From contig NMRA01000422.1 in assembly GCA_002633005.1 (NCBI GenBank), forward strand, positions 264,282 through 328,281: DNA of 64,000 bases, read 5' to 3'. This stretch comes from Phoronis australis. Its lineage: Eukaryota > Animalia > Phoronida. Positions 1 through 13,139 of this stretch are shown piece after piece; the first letter of the stretch is position 1; each line of letters begins with the position of its first letter. A program made the position numbers and the translations under genes. The notes below the pieces were generated by a model. The model saw nothing but the letters and a program-made list of their open reading frames with translations. It searched no databases and was not told where the DNA came from.

Positions 1-800
1 GCCAGTAGCTTTTATTGACCAGGAGTTGGCAGCGACATAAATCGTTTCTGCAGATCATGTGACATCTGCCAGCGAACAACTCCTAAGGGCAGGATCTCTA
101 AAGTGCCATTGGGCGAGATGCCACTTATGGAAGAACCGTCCCAGCGTATCGCTGTTAATTTGATTGGTCCTGTGTCGCCGATCACAGACAGAGGCAACCG
201 GTACATTCTCACTATAATAGGCTATGCCACAAGATACCCAGAGGCAGTCCCTCTACCCAGAATAGAAGCTGAACGAGTCGCAGAAGCATTGCTTGAAACC
301 TTCTGTAGAATCGGCTTTCCAAAGGAGGTACTTAGTGACTGTGGGACACAGTTTACCTCAGAAGTACTGAAAGAAGTTGCACGGTTGATATCCATGAAGC
401 AACTGTTCACTACTCCGTACAATCCGGAATGCAATGGATTGTGTTGGATACCAAGTCCTAATATTGTTACCAGCCGACAGGAACAAACTGCTGCTGCAGT
501 GGAGGGGTCCCTATGAAGTGACCGAGGTACTCAACAAAATGGACTACCGAGTAAGGGTTGGTGGAAAGACCAAGACATATCATGCCAACCTGTTGAAACT
601 CTACATATCTCGTGACCAAAGTGGGGCTGCAAGTAAAGATGATACAGATCAGAATACTGACATCGCAGCCATAGCTGTACTTCAGCCTGAAATGGACAAT
701 GAAGTTGCTGTTGTCGATGATGAACATCTACTAGAGCTGGGATCGACAAACCAAAAAGAAACAAAAGATGTAAAGATATCAGACGAGGTCACTAGTATCA
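1..800 (+). mobile_element. Degenerate Gypsy/Ty3 LTR-retrotransposon pol fragment (integrase Zn-finger end, rve core, GPY/F module), probably Gmr1-like
   Basis: Frame from base 1 reads ...RFCRSCDICQRT...RIAVNLIGP...RYILTIIGYATRYPEAVPL...IGFPKEVLSDCGTQFTS...TTPYNPECNGL, then a deletion/frameshift to GYQVLILLP...LLLQWRGPYEV...YHANLLKLY. There is an in-frame stop near base 16. Confidence 0.9.
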
Positions 801-811
801 GAAAATTTGCA

Positions 812-3404
812 GTTGAACCTTTAAATGGAAACAAAATGGCCGCCACAGCCGCCATCTTGGATCCGATTTTGACGAAAAACAATAGACTTCCAGTACTTCA
901 GGAAGTACGTGTTATGTGTAAATTTCGTGATGATCGGACGAAAATTGCGACCTGTATCGTGCGAACAAACAAAAAAAAATGAAAGCGCTCTGAGGAGCGA
1001 AACTTGGCGAAATTAACCAAAAAAAAAACACGTTCGAGAGGACGAGAAAAGACGACGACAGAGATGATGACGAAGATGACAGCTATGACGACGATGGTGG
1101 CGATAATGGACAACCCTAGTTATGATATCATTCATATAACGAACGTAGAGGTCAGAAATCACTAAGAAATAGGCTACAGTCTTGAGCGACACTTGGCAAA
1201 ATTAACTGAAGAAAAGACAACGTCGGAGATGATGATGAAGATGACAAATATGATGATGGTGGTGGCCATGATGAAGAACATCATAACATTCATATGACGA
1301 ATTTAGATGTCATAAATCATTTAAGAAATAGGCTGCAGTCTAGTTCAATAGAAGCTAAACCAACCTGAATGCAGCAAGAGCGCTCAACAAAGGAGCAGCG
1401 TTATCACAAAATCTCAAATAACTCGAAAAGTAGACGTCGTAGAGAAAAATGGAAAGCATCTTCTGAAAGCCCGTTCAAAGCTCTCTATCTAAACAGATGG
1501 TATCACCTAATTCCGTAAATTTTTCGAAAAAAATGAAATTTTGCGTCAAATAACTCGAAAACGGTAAGTCTGAGGAAAAAATTGTTACAAGCCATTTGAA
1601 AGGTAATACTTCAAAGAATCTACATGCAAAAAATCACGTCTTTTTCTCTTCCCGTTTAAAATCGCACTCCAGACGACTGAAAATTGGTCAACATGCGCCA
1701 TATCCGCCATCTTGAAGGCAACTTCCGGTTTTTTGGTTTTGTATAATAGCATGTTACGAGAAACTAATACCTGTAAAAATTCGAAGGAATTGGTTTGATA
1801 ATGCGCCCTCTAGAGGAGAAAACGTTTTTAAGCCAAAATCGAGGTGCGCATGCGCGATCGCCGATATTTCCGCCATCTTAAGCCGGAAGTGAACAATTTC
1901 CAGTATACTTGTAGCAAGCTTCCTGTCCATTTACTGTGCCGATTCTTAGCTTTTTACGTAAAAAATTGTAGCTTCCAGAAGCATTTGAACCACAGCCGCC
2001 ATCTTGGATCCGATTTTGACGAAAAACAATAGGCTTCCAGTTCTTCCGGAAGTACGTGTTATGTGTAAATTTCGTGATGATTGGACGAAAATTGCGACCT
2101 GTATCGTGCGAACAAAAAAAAAACAAACTTAGTGTCAGAGCAATATACTTGGCGAAATTTATTTCGCCAAGTAAAAACAAAGTTAGTGTCAGAGCAATAT
2201 ACTTGGCGAAATTTATTTCGCCAAGTAATGAAAGCGCTCCGAGGAGCGAACCTTGGCGAAATTAACCAGAAAGATGACAATAAAGATGATGACGAAGATG
2301 ACGAATATGACGACGATGGTGGCGAGGATGAACAAAAGAAGTAATAATAATATACACATGACGAACGTAGAAGTCCGAAATCTGTAAGAAAAAGGCTACA
2401 GTCTTGTGCGACACTTAGCGAAATTAACGGAAAAGACAACGACGGAGATGATTACGAAGGTGATGACGATGATGACGAATATGATGATGGTGGTGGCGAT
2501 GATGAACAACATCACAACATTCATATGACGAACTTAGATGTCATAAATCAATACGAAATAGGCTACAGTCTACTTCAATAGAAGATGAACGAACATCAAT
2601 ACAGCAGGAGCGCTCAACAAAGGAACAGCGTTATCAGAAAATCTCAAATAACTCGAATAGTAGACGTCCTAGCGAAAAATGGAAAACATCTTCTGAAAGC
2701 CCGTTCAAAATTCTATCTAAATTGTTAGTATCACACAATTCCGTAAATCTTTTCGAAAAAAAATGAAATTTTGAGTTTTTTAAAGAAATTCAAAGTCAAA
2801 TAACTCGAAAACGGTTAGTCTGAGAAAAAATTGTTACAGGCCATTTGAAAGAATATACTTCAAAGAATCCACATGCAAAAAATCACGTCTTTTTGTCTTC
2901 CCGTGGGTCAACATGCGCCAGATCCGCCATCTTGAAAGCAACTTCCGGATTTTTGGCTTTGTATAATAGCATGTCATAAGAAACTAATACCTGTAAAAAT
3001 TCGAAGGAATTGGTCTTATAATGCGCCCTCTACAGGAGAAAACGTTTTTAGGCCAAAATCGAGGTGGGCATGCGCGATCGCCGATATTTCCGCCATCTTT
3101 AAACGGAAGTAAACAATTTCCGGTATACTTATAGCAAACTTCCGGTCCATTTATTGTGCTGATTCTTAGCCTGTTACGTAAAAAATTGTAGCCTCCAGAA
3201 GCATTTGAGCCTTTAAATGAAAACAAAATGGCCGCCACAGCCGCCATTTTGGCTCCGATTTTGACGAAGAACAATAGGCTTCCAGTACTTCCGGAAGTAC
3301 GTCTTATGTGTAAATTTCGTGACGATCGGACGAAAATTGCGACCTGTATCGTGCGAACAAAAAAAACAAACTTAGTGGAAGAGCAACATACTTGGCGAAA
3401 GTAA
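812..3404 (+). mobile_element. Head-to-tail array (~2.1 units of ~1.2 kb) of a non-autonomous Helentron/HINE-like element
   Basis: Unit start AATGAAAGCGCTC..GAGGAGCGAA.CTTGGCGAAATTAACC recurs at ~978 and ~2227; 815-965 matches 3210-3360. The 3' end has the hairpin ACTTGGCGAAAT-TT-ATTTCGCCAAGT, doubled at 2147-2226. Internal (GAT/GAC)n tracts. The superfamily call is inferred from structure. Confidence 0.65.
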
Positions 3405-3412
3405 TAAGTAGA

Positions 3413-4045
3413 ATGTTACATTATGGGTTGAAATCAACAAGATAATTAGATGAGCTATAGCAGTTGAAGCATAAAGACTTGCTACAGTGTACAGAGGAAA
3501 TTGTACGCCAGAGCCATCTCGTGGAAGATTCTAGAAAGGATCTTGGCAAGGGCAAGGGTTAACGAACAGGAAGTTAACTAAGAGCTTGTCACTTGCATTG
3601 TTGGTAGTAAGGTACTACCTGAAGTGTTGCGTCATCAGCCAGAGACTGTGACCAGCAAGAAGAGTCGCTTGTAGAAGAAATTGCCTGCAAGTGTTGCATC
3701 ACCAGAGACAGTGACCAGCAAGTACACTGTCGCTATACAGTGTGTGTAGTTCGAAGATTCACCAACAGGACAGGCATCCAATAAGTAGAGAGTCCTAGCT
3801 TGGATAGCAGATAAGACATTTGATTGTTTTGGTTGTTTGATTAAAGTAATCTTTAAAGAGGGCGCTAGCGTAGTTACTCTTTGTAGTTGATTGCTTAACT
3901 AACAATAGGTTTCATAATTAGGGGTTATCATATAATAAATTAATTACTGGATTTGATTATTCACTCTCCATCTACGCACAATCTCAAACCATAGCTACCT
4001 TTTAAACAAACCCACAGTCAATCGTCTGACAGCTGTTATGTTACA
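3413..4045 (+). mobile_element. Probable LTR remnant of the upstream Gypsy element
   Basis: Starts TGTTAC, ends GTTACA, contains an internal short duplication (CCAGAGAC.GTGACCAGCAAG x2) and AATAAA near the 3' end. It lies downstream of the pol fragment. No second LTR is in the window to confirm it. Confidence 0.35.
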
Positions 4046-4724
4046 CTCTCTCTCAGTACTGCAAGAGTAACGGTATGAAGTGGTCATACTACGCATGTAA
4101 TATGGATTTTTCACTGATTAGTGGAAAGTGATCAAGAAATATACGGACATTCCGATCAGCAAAAAAATGACATTACAATATTTCGGCTGGTTGATGTTGA
4201 GAAGAGCATCAGCCGAGAGATGCCATCGCAGCTTGCGGTTGCTGCAGTCCGCAACAGCTTTAACAGACACTTTTTGAACACGTTATTGTTTTGTGACACA
4301 CTCAAAATAACACAGCGTAAAATAAAACGATTCACTGTAGTTTCCATTTATTCTCAGACCAGATGTTTACAACAAATATTCACAAAGTGGCATGCTCATC
4401 TTACATGGATTTCTGTGAGTTAGGTTCCTTCGCAGCGACCGCGTGTGACCAGATTGGCGCTGCAAATTTCAACGCCATGACAGCAGTGATTCATTTTATG
4501 AACGTATCCCTGCATGCACGACTTAATCTTTAGGATGTAAACCTTTATCATGGAGTGTTGACGTTTGATAACGATTATCACCACCCTACTCCCAACCCCC
4601 AACTCCCACCGCCATCACTAGCAACCCATCCCCACCGTCACCAGTAACCCACCCCAACACACGCGCATCATTTGTATTCACTTTCGCCAAAGGTCAATCT
4701 AGAATACTTTTATTTACTTTTCAG

Positions 4725-4916
4725 GATATACGAATTGTTTGCTGGGTGACTCACTCACAATTTACGAGGGTAGTAGCACATCTCAGCCGCCCATTCGTCG
4801 ATTATGCGGCTCCAAAAGCCGTTTTTCCGCATCTGCAAAAGGGAACATGTTATTAGTATTCTCCACTGACAGCAGCCTTTCGTACTCGGGGTTCAACGCC
4901 ACCTTCCGTCGTACCT
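4725..4916 (+). CDS. Exon of CUB-TSP1-TM receptor: C-terminal half of a CUB domain
   Basis: ttttcag acceptor and gtaagt donor, phase 1-1. Reads YTNCLLGDSLTIYEGSSTSQPPIRRLCGSKSRFSASAKGNMLLVFSTDSSLSYSGFNATF, matching the CUB pattern C..D.L.IY.G...LCG...F.TD.S....GF. Confidence 0.85.
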
Positions 4917-6755
4917 GTAAGTTTTGATAATAGAGCGAATTCACCTGTAGTTCTAGTTTAACCGTTTGATATGTGATTCACTACAACAATCTTACAGCCA
5001 GCCTTTGTCAGTTAAAGTCTGACAATTTCAAAGTCGGGAGCATGGTCAATATGGCGTTTGGATGATCCCTCGATCATGTGAATACACATTCTAGCCTGTG
5101 TTTGCTTATCGATTGATAATGATGGCGTAGCACAGTAAGTAATTATTCAGAAGTTGGGAAGACGAGTTGGGTGGAAAGCGATAAGAAGAATTGGAAAAAT
5201 AACGTATTATAGGCAAAACTATCAAATTTTCCGACACGAGTTAGAAAGTTAAATATCGTACCCAAAGTTAGAAAAATAGCACTGAGCGATGTTAACAGAA
5301 ACGTTTTGCTATCGGTATATCTCAGAAAGATGTTTTGTTCCTATGCGACAGTTGTAGACAATGTAGTGTGGCTACTTAACAATGTAAAAGATAGTATTTT
5401 CGGCTATGCAAATGTCTCTGCACTCAAGAACAAGGAAATTTCAAAGATATTTTCCCGATTCTTTTTGTTAATCTGAAAATCTCATGAAAATTATTTGACT
5501 GCAAAGCAATGTAGCTTCCACTCATTTTCAACTTATGGTCTTTCAAACTTAATCATATGTTTTCAAAATATTACCGGAATGAAACGCGGAATTTGGGCAG
5601 GCTTTTTGAATTTCTGGCGGTGCACTAACACTACAGCTTTAACGGTTGGCCGGCATTAAATTCACTTTCAATAAATTGTCATTAAAAACGCAGATGCATG
5701 CAGAGCTATAATCTTAGCAAAGTTCCTATTTTAGTAAAGTCTCTTAATTAATGAAACTTTCCGAATCCTAAACTGGCGAAAATAAAGAAAAGATTGTTTT
5801 TAAAACACATTCCATACGAGTATGTAGGATTTAGTACGAGTATAAGGATTTAGGACACGTACTCGTAATTCCCATAAGGCAACGCTTTTTTACCATTACG
5901 TAACGGTGATCCGACCACCGCTATACCCCTATTGACAATTTTAATTTACTATCTACTTAATTCCTTGATGTTTTAAATGAAATTTGGCAACCAAGTTTCC
6001 ATTGGTACGGCCACGACATCTTTTGAATTCAGATAGGGTTTGACGTATTTTATTTCACCTAGCGACCTGTTTTCGTAAATTTCAAGTCTGTTTTGGCGTC
6101 TGCCTCCATTTCTGCCAAACTGCTAAAACTGTCGTAATATAAAATTTGACAAATATGTTTATATTAAGGAGAGCAGGATCTACGTCAATTTTTGGACGGG
6201 GTGACTAATTTGACGCACTTCTGGCTTTGGTTTTTACATTGGTCCGACGCCCTTTAGCGATAGTTTTGGAATTTGTTCAAGTGAACGTGAGCTCCTGACT
6301 GTTGGATTTTCTTAACCATGGGTTAAGTTTGCACATGGAGCCTTGTTGAGAATTAATTTGGCGGTATCCATTCTTGTCAGCAAAATACCTTAAGCAGATG
6401 ACAGCGTTTTCTGTCGGCTGCCTTGATGCAGAATATCGCTCGCTGTACACATTGCCGTGCATCAAACTAGACTTTAAGGAACAACGAAATTATGGTCTAT
6501 TTCGATAATGAAAGACAATGCGAAAAGACAGTTGTCCAGGATATCCTCTCATTCTCGTGCGTTCAATTTGCCACTGACCGCGTGTACCATATGGAAACGA
6601 CGTGTAGGTATATAATTCTGCGTATTGAAAAGTGCTTTTGGTTTTTTGATGGTTGTAATAATCAATGTGACTGCTAAAGAATAAGACGGTGAAATATTTT
6701 TGCACCAAGGGACTGACTTTTTTTTTTTTTTTCTATTTTACCTCTTTCAACGCAG

Positions 6756-6888
6756 CCTGTGGTGGAGAACTAACGACACCAACCGGAACCCTCGCGTCCT
6801 CTTCGCATCTACCTACCTACCATCGAAATTTTGCCTGCAGATGGACTATTACAGTTAAACAAAACAGGATTGTTGAAATCATATTAAG
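6756..6888 (+). CDS. Exon of CUB-TSP1-TM receptor: N-terminal half of a CUB domain
   Basis: Poly-T tract + cgcag acceptor, AG|gtatgt donor. Joins the previous exon in frame (T|CC TGT GGT GGA). Reads CGGELTTPTGTLASSSHLPTYHRNFACRWTITVKQNRIVEIIL. Confidence 0.8.
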
Positions 6889-7509
6889 GTATGTTCATTA
6901 GCTAATTGCAGTAATCTTGCTCGTTTTCACAATTATACACTGTGTTTTAAAACTGTGTCAAAGATCAAAAGTTCAACTCAGCTATCATCAAAATAACATT
7001 GTTTGTACATTGTCAACTCCTAAAAATTATCATTTTTAGACAAGTGAAAAACACAATAGCCAATACTCAGCAATGAAATAGAGCAGACGGCCATCGGAAC
7101 ATTTTTTCTCAAGTGCCTGGAGAAAAATACTTGTTGAGTGTGTTAGTATTAACCAAACACAATTCCTTTGGGATATTTAGGGAACCATAAACGGTCGTAC
7201 CGGTTACCTTTCTGTAACAATGACGAATCAAATTATCTGCCATCTTGTAATCTCATTTTTTTGACCTTATAACGTCATGTAGTTATCTGAGTGCCAGCTA
7301 AGTAAAAAATGAAAATGGCGGAGTGATAAGCGAACGGTGAAAAGTCGAATCTTCGAGGGAATAAATTCTTTCGAAGGGGTTGATTTCCGTGCAGTTATAA
7401 TCGCCGTATTATTTATGCAAATAAATGTTTTCACGAGATAGCAATTTCGACGATTGCAGGTGAAATAAGTCGAGTGTGATATGTATGATACTAAATGTGG
7501 ATTCAACCA

Positions 7510-8075
7510 CCGCATCACCTTCCTAGTGGCCACTTTGGTCTTGACAAGGAACTGAGTATTTTTGGATGAGCGTTTCTGGATTATCGCTAGAGAGCCAATT
7601 GGCGGATTTCAATGAAATTTGACACAGAGGTGTGTAGCAACAATGCGCTAGCACCAGTCGATTTTAGAGTGGGTTCAATTGCCGCAGTAACACCTAGTGG
7701 CCGATTGGTCTCGATAAAGGGTTTTGTGTACCGATGGATGCATTCCAATGAAACTTGAAAAAACGCACGAGGCAACAGTGTCCTGGCACCAGACAGCGTT
7801 TGAGCAGATTCGAACATTGCCTTAGAGACCGTGTTGGTCTCGTCAAGCGTCTTTTTCATTTCTTTTGAGGGCAGAGTGTTTCTGGATGATGTATAGAGAA
7901 CCAATGGAGGGACTTTGACGAAACTTGACACTGAAGAGAACTCTGTGGGAAAACACTGAACTGATAACAGTAAATGACTAACAGGCTTTGTACGTTCCTG
8001 TTCTGGTAAAAATGATAGTACAGACTGTATGTATAGTAAACTGTCAGGTTGGGTTCATACACAGAATGCATCTAG
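7510..8075. repeat. Degenerate repeat with ~140-165 bp internal tandem units (HINE-like)
   Basis: Motif CC.AT.G..G.A.TT..A.GAAA.TTGA recurs at ~7595, ~7731 and ~7902; CCTAGTGGCC...TGGTCT.GA recurs at ~7521 and ~7693. Confidence 0.4.
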
Positions 8076-9145
8076 CATAGAAATTTAATCTTAAAGTTGA
8101 AATAGATGTCCATCGGTCGGGTACACACACGCGCCGAAGCGAAGTCGATGTTCAAAATTGCCAAAAGTAGAGCATTTTACGGCGTACTTGAATGCCATGT
8201 GTACCCTGTCTGGGAATGGCGCGCTACTTGCGTGTGTCGATTTCGCAACCTCAGATAGGGTTGTTACAAACGGTAGCCCAATCGAGAAATGATTTTCCAG
8301 TCCCGTGGTGGTGGATCCCAGCAGTAATATAGTACATAATATGCTGAAAGCACCATCGTTCCAGTGCAACCTGGTACAGTTGCTCATGAGGAGTTCGGAC
8401 AGTCAAGAAGATTTGGATTATGAAAACTACCTACATATATTTTGGGAGTTGTTATCATAAAATGTTTCAAAGCTTGAACTGGAAGTCACAGTTGTTAATT
8501 GTAGTTCTCAAGTGATTATTTTATTTTTTATACCTAAACACGAAAACCTACATGTAGCAAAGCCATCAGAATGTGGAAAAATTGCCACCCAAAACTCACT
8601 TTTGTGTAAACGACCAATGAAATCTTTTGAGCGTAGTATGTTGCCTTAGAAATGCAATTTATATCCAACAATATGAATCCTCTACCACGTAACACATGTC
8701 AACACTTTCATCGCCAGTAATCGTGAGTACTGATGTGAAATTTATAATGAAGTACTTTTAATTGGCACTAGATTGCGCTTGTACTAATGACGAGTCCGTA
8801 CTGTACTCATGCAAAATTCAAACGAACATTATGACATTTTTTCACTCTGTGTTTGCATTTGATACTACAATTTCTCATAACTTTATTTCACGTGAAAACC
8901 TTAGGGACATTGAATTTATTTTCAGTGTTTCAACAAGCTTTAGGAATCCATNAATTTAAAAGTCAAAGTTTCGTTTTGTTGACAATCATAATAACAGTAA
9001 ATCCAATACACTCCATGGTACAAACATGTTTCACTCCCTAAGTACAACCTGGTTATACGAGATGGAAATTAGAAAACTTAGACCTTTGACCACAAAAATA
9101 TTCTTTTTCCTTTAATTTAAAGCTACTGAACTTCATACAAATATA

Positions 9146-9642
9146 GGGCCTTTCATACTAACATCGACGCATCGACGTTTTTGGGAGTTAATGTCAGTAT
9201 GAACACTTAAACTTTGGTCCTGGAAGGAAGTTAACAGCGCCAGTTAACTTCGCACTAAACAGGTGGATTTAATTGCTTTGCGTCAATGCTGCCACGCAGT
9301 ATAAACGATCAACTTCGGTCCTATCGAAGTTATTGCCAGGGGCCACTGTTATCATTAACAATTGCATAGTAGTGTGATGGCTAATAGTTGCTTATACCTT
9401 GCTATAATAATCACCAATCAATTCAAAAATAAGTTTTATGTCAATTAACACATGTAAATGTTCCCAAGTTGTCACATCTTAGCGTGCAGTGCTACCTTGC
9501 GATACCTTCGATCACGACAGCGTCACCTACTGTTTACTTCGAAGTTCATTAACTACGGAAGCCAGAATGAACGGTCCAGTTAACTTCGCAGTGTACGCCG
9601 ATGCTCCGCTCAGACAAGAGTTAAGTCAATGTGAAAGGGCCC
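9146..9642. mobile_element. MITE with short TIRs (PIF/Harbinger-like)
   Basis: GGGCCTTTCATACTAAC ... GTCAATGTGAAAGGGCCC imperfect inverted termini; internal repeated GTTAACTTCG motifs. Confidence 0.55.
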
Positions 9643-10970
9643 CAAGGTAGACCATAAGCCACTTAATCTTCTTTAGCTGGATCTGCTCACTTAGCTTCAC
9701 AGGCAAATAATCCATGTTTTGTGACTACAAACGCGCATTTCTGAGCTCAGATAACTGAATTCATAGGTTCATGAGCTGCAGTTCGTAAGTGCGTACGTTG
9801 CGTTGTCTGGGTAGCCTTCCTTATCCAACAATTGTTGAAGGCACACTCTGCAATAAAGACAAAAAATTTTAATAACAGATGGGTAAAAGCTATCAGTATA
9901 AGACAACTTAACTTGCTGGATATTTATCGTGCTGTTCATACAACACTGATTTTTAAAACTTCCTGACTTATATACAGAGCCTAGAAAATAGTCTTCAAAC
10001 TCAAAATTTAACCAATCACTCCAGGACTCAAGTGCAAGACTAGTCTGCAAGTTTACTTCAAGCATGCACTGCAGAGGGTCAGTTTTCCCCATACTGTTTT
10101 GAATGAAGTTTTAATCCTGGATTCGCGACATTCAAAACAATTTTTTTCTATACAATTTGAATACAAAACATGCACATGGTCACCTATCATGCTATCACAA
10201 TCTAGAACAAACCGTGCACATTACAAAACTTAATGTGTTAATAAAACTTGGACTTCAGGCTAACCAGGTATCGTATCCTGTAACTTTTTAGTTCAAGTTC
10301 TATGACAAATTAATTAATATTTTAATCAAATGATGAAACTGTTGGCAACTGCAATAAACTACAATTCCCATTATTTTGATGAACTTTTCATTGTTTAATT
10401 CGTTAATCTGATAAGAAAAGGCACAACTCTAAATAATGAGCAGAGCTAGTTGAATTCTAACTAGCTCTCTCCAGCCAGCATAGAACTTCTCACTAATGCT
10501 TCATGGACATTTAGCCGGCACAACCAGGGTTAGAACTGAAAGTTTAATCTCACATGTATACTTCCGCGGGTACTTTTTGAAACTTATAGCAAAACCAAGA
10601 AGCTTTACATTGACTTGACCAAATGGCTACAAGAATCAGTGAGCTTGTTAAATATTATAAGCCCATTGGCTAAACCAAGGACATATTTCATATTGTTTCA
10701 AATTCAAACCCTGATAGCAGCACTATTTTTAACTCAACAATGAAACATATGAAGCTCTACCTGCCACGTCGATGTAAACAGCCCAATACCACCCCTGGGT
10801 GATTGTTTCGATGCAAATGTTTGGATGTCTAGTTCTTCCAAGTACTCCGCCAAGTTAATAGAGACCTGAAAACAATGATATATTAGCAAACATAACAGTA
10901 TGTGATAGCTTCTTTAATCTTAAGAATCCAGACATAACCCATTTACAGGGAATGTTATCCATGTAAAGAT

Positions 10971-11135
10971 CAGGGGTGGTGGGAAGGGGTCCAGGATTTT
11001 GAGTTGGGGGGTTAGGGCAGAGTAGGGTTTTGGCTATCAGACATTCACCCCCTGCCCCCCAACTGCCAATTGATCTTGTAGCGTTTTAGGGGGCCGGGGC
11101 CATGGCCCCTTAGCTGTCCTTTGAATCCACCATTG
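10971..11135. mobile_element. GC-rich MITE with 5-bp TSD
   Basis: AAGAT|CAGGGGTGGT...ATCCACCATTG|AAGAT: perfect 5-bp TSD and CA..TG termini. Confidence 0.75.
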
Positions 11136-11847
11136 AAGATAATGGCATGGTCTTCACGAGAAGTCTTACGTAACCATACAGTAAAAATAAAATTATTATC
11201 TCATGTACTACAGTAAACATAAAAATACTATATCCTGTACCCCTACCAATCACTTTACTGGCTGACATTTGCAAAGATATTAAATTGAGGTTCCAAGCAA
11301 ATTTCTAGAGGGAAAAGAATATGCCCCTACAGACATGAGGAGATCATTCTAGTCAGTCCATATTCAACTCAACTCAACTCCTAGGTAAAGTTGTACCCAG
11401 ATTAACTATCACTTTCATCATGACACTGAAATATTTGATTTCAATAAAACCAGTCGAACTCGCATTGAATGTGAAAATTTTAAGTCTGAATATGCAAACT
11501 TTTGCGACATTCTAGTATTCCACAACCCGGTAAAAATTCGAAAGCACATACCCAATCCCAAAGTCAAATCACACAGATTTTCATTATTTGCATTGAATTA
11601 TTTGGTGCAATTAGATAGGAATTATGCAAGTTTCACTGCGCTTAACAATAGTTAACATGTTGACTGGTGAGAGTTCACTTGGGTACATTGTGACCTATGC
11701 CCGGGGGTATTCCAGATAGGGTACTAGTAGTGGGATCGGGATGTCCTTTCGCATTCAAGAACCTAGATCCTCCGACAAACCTGAGCAATCAGTCAAAATA
11801 GGCAATACAATAGTTACATTGGTTATTCTAATTTCGAGAGCCAGGCA

Positions 11848-12081
11848 CATGCGCGCACCCAGGGGAGGCTCGAACGAGCACCCCCCACTTGCCGAAGTGG
11901 GCATGAAAAGGTCAGCCTCATAGAAACAAAAAAAATGAGAAAACGAGACACGAGTCCACTAAAAAACTGTAATTCAGGAATGCACTGTGCACAGCTCTGA
12001 ACATACCATGTTTTTTTAGTAAAAGGTCAACATGCCCAAAAATTTGAGCACCCCCCATATTTTAGGATTGGTGCGTAGATG
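11848..12081 (+). mobile_element. MITE, CATGCGCGCACCC family, 5-bp TSD
   Basis: AGGCA|CATGCGCGCACCCAG...TTGGTGCGTAGATG|AGGCA. The body is similar to 38645-38915. Confidence 0.8.
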
Positions 12082-13139
12082 AGGCAAGTGAACCTTGCAA
12101 ATTATTGACCTGTACTTGTAGTGATATGAGATTTTAAGATCAGGAGTTTCCAAAAATTACTACGAACATAGACATAAGCACACACAACCAATGCCAATAT
12201 ACCCATCTTGGGAAATGATTACACTTTGCCTTGGTAGTTCCCCCCCCCTTGCATTGATCACACTGACACAACCTCAGAAGACAGAAATATAATAGAGTAA
12301 TAGCCTTATGTGAACGTTATGGCTTCCTCTGATGGACCTCCAGAAGTATATTACGCGTTAGAAGTTTAGATAATTCACACACAGAATGAGACTGAGTCCA
12401 TGTTGGTAAGTGACAGCGTGACTTGAGTGGCTGACAAACAACTGAACTTATTTAACACGTTCGTTGGAAATCACAGCACCGATTGTGGCCAATCGATTTT
12501 AGAATGCTCTCTGGCACTAACCTGACTTCCAAAACTTCTGAAATGTCTTCTTGCTGGCTCTGCTCGTAGTAATAATAAACTTCATTGTCGCGGGCTAGCC
12601 AACACACGACCTTTCCTTCGAAGTTGACCGTCGGTTATAAAATTCAAACTGTTGACTTCCGGTGGAAACTGCCTTACGAATACAACTCAACACAAAGGAA
12701 ACTTGCACAATAACTACGTTTTTTTTAAGAATTGCATGATTTCCATTGATTACATTGTACTGAGCAGGCCAGTGTCTCAGGGGATTAACATTGGGTGCAT
12801 TCTTACTGCTGTTGGTCACCGGATGTTCGTCTACATTTAAATTCACAAAGACGTGCCGTAATGATTACATAACTGCACTAATTCTGTACTGACCAGGTAA
12901 ACTTCGTCGTTTTATGGTTTGTATCTATATAAATGTTAAGTAAACATTCGGGCAACATTTTTTTGAGATGATGGGTTTTGCATAAGCAAACAATAATTTT
13001 TTGTTGTAAAATAATGGGAAAAATTTCGAACCAAAAGTTAAATATCTCACAATATTCAAATTTTAAAAACTTGAAAACGTAAATTTTCATCACATAGAAA
13101 CCTTAGAGTTTTAATAAAATTCAAGTTTTCCACAAATGA

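Noticed and set aside
898-2520. Asp/Glu-rich and Ser/Ile-rich ORFs
   Set aside because: They are translations of (GAT/GAC)n tracts inside the repeated element, and the frames are not conserved between copies.
9650-10870. Possible decayed transposase on the - strand
   Set aside because: Coding-like composition, but no motif could be recognised through the many stops.
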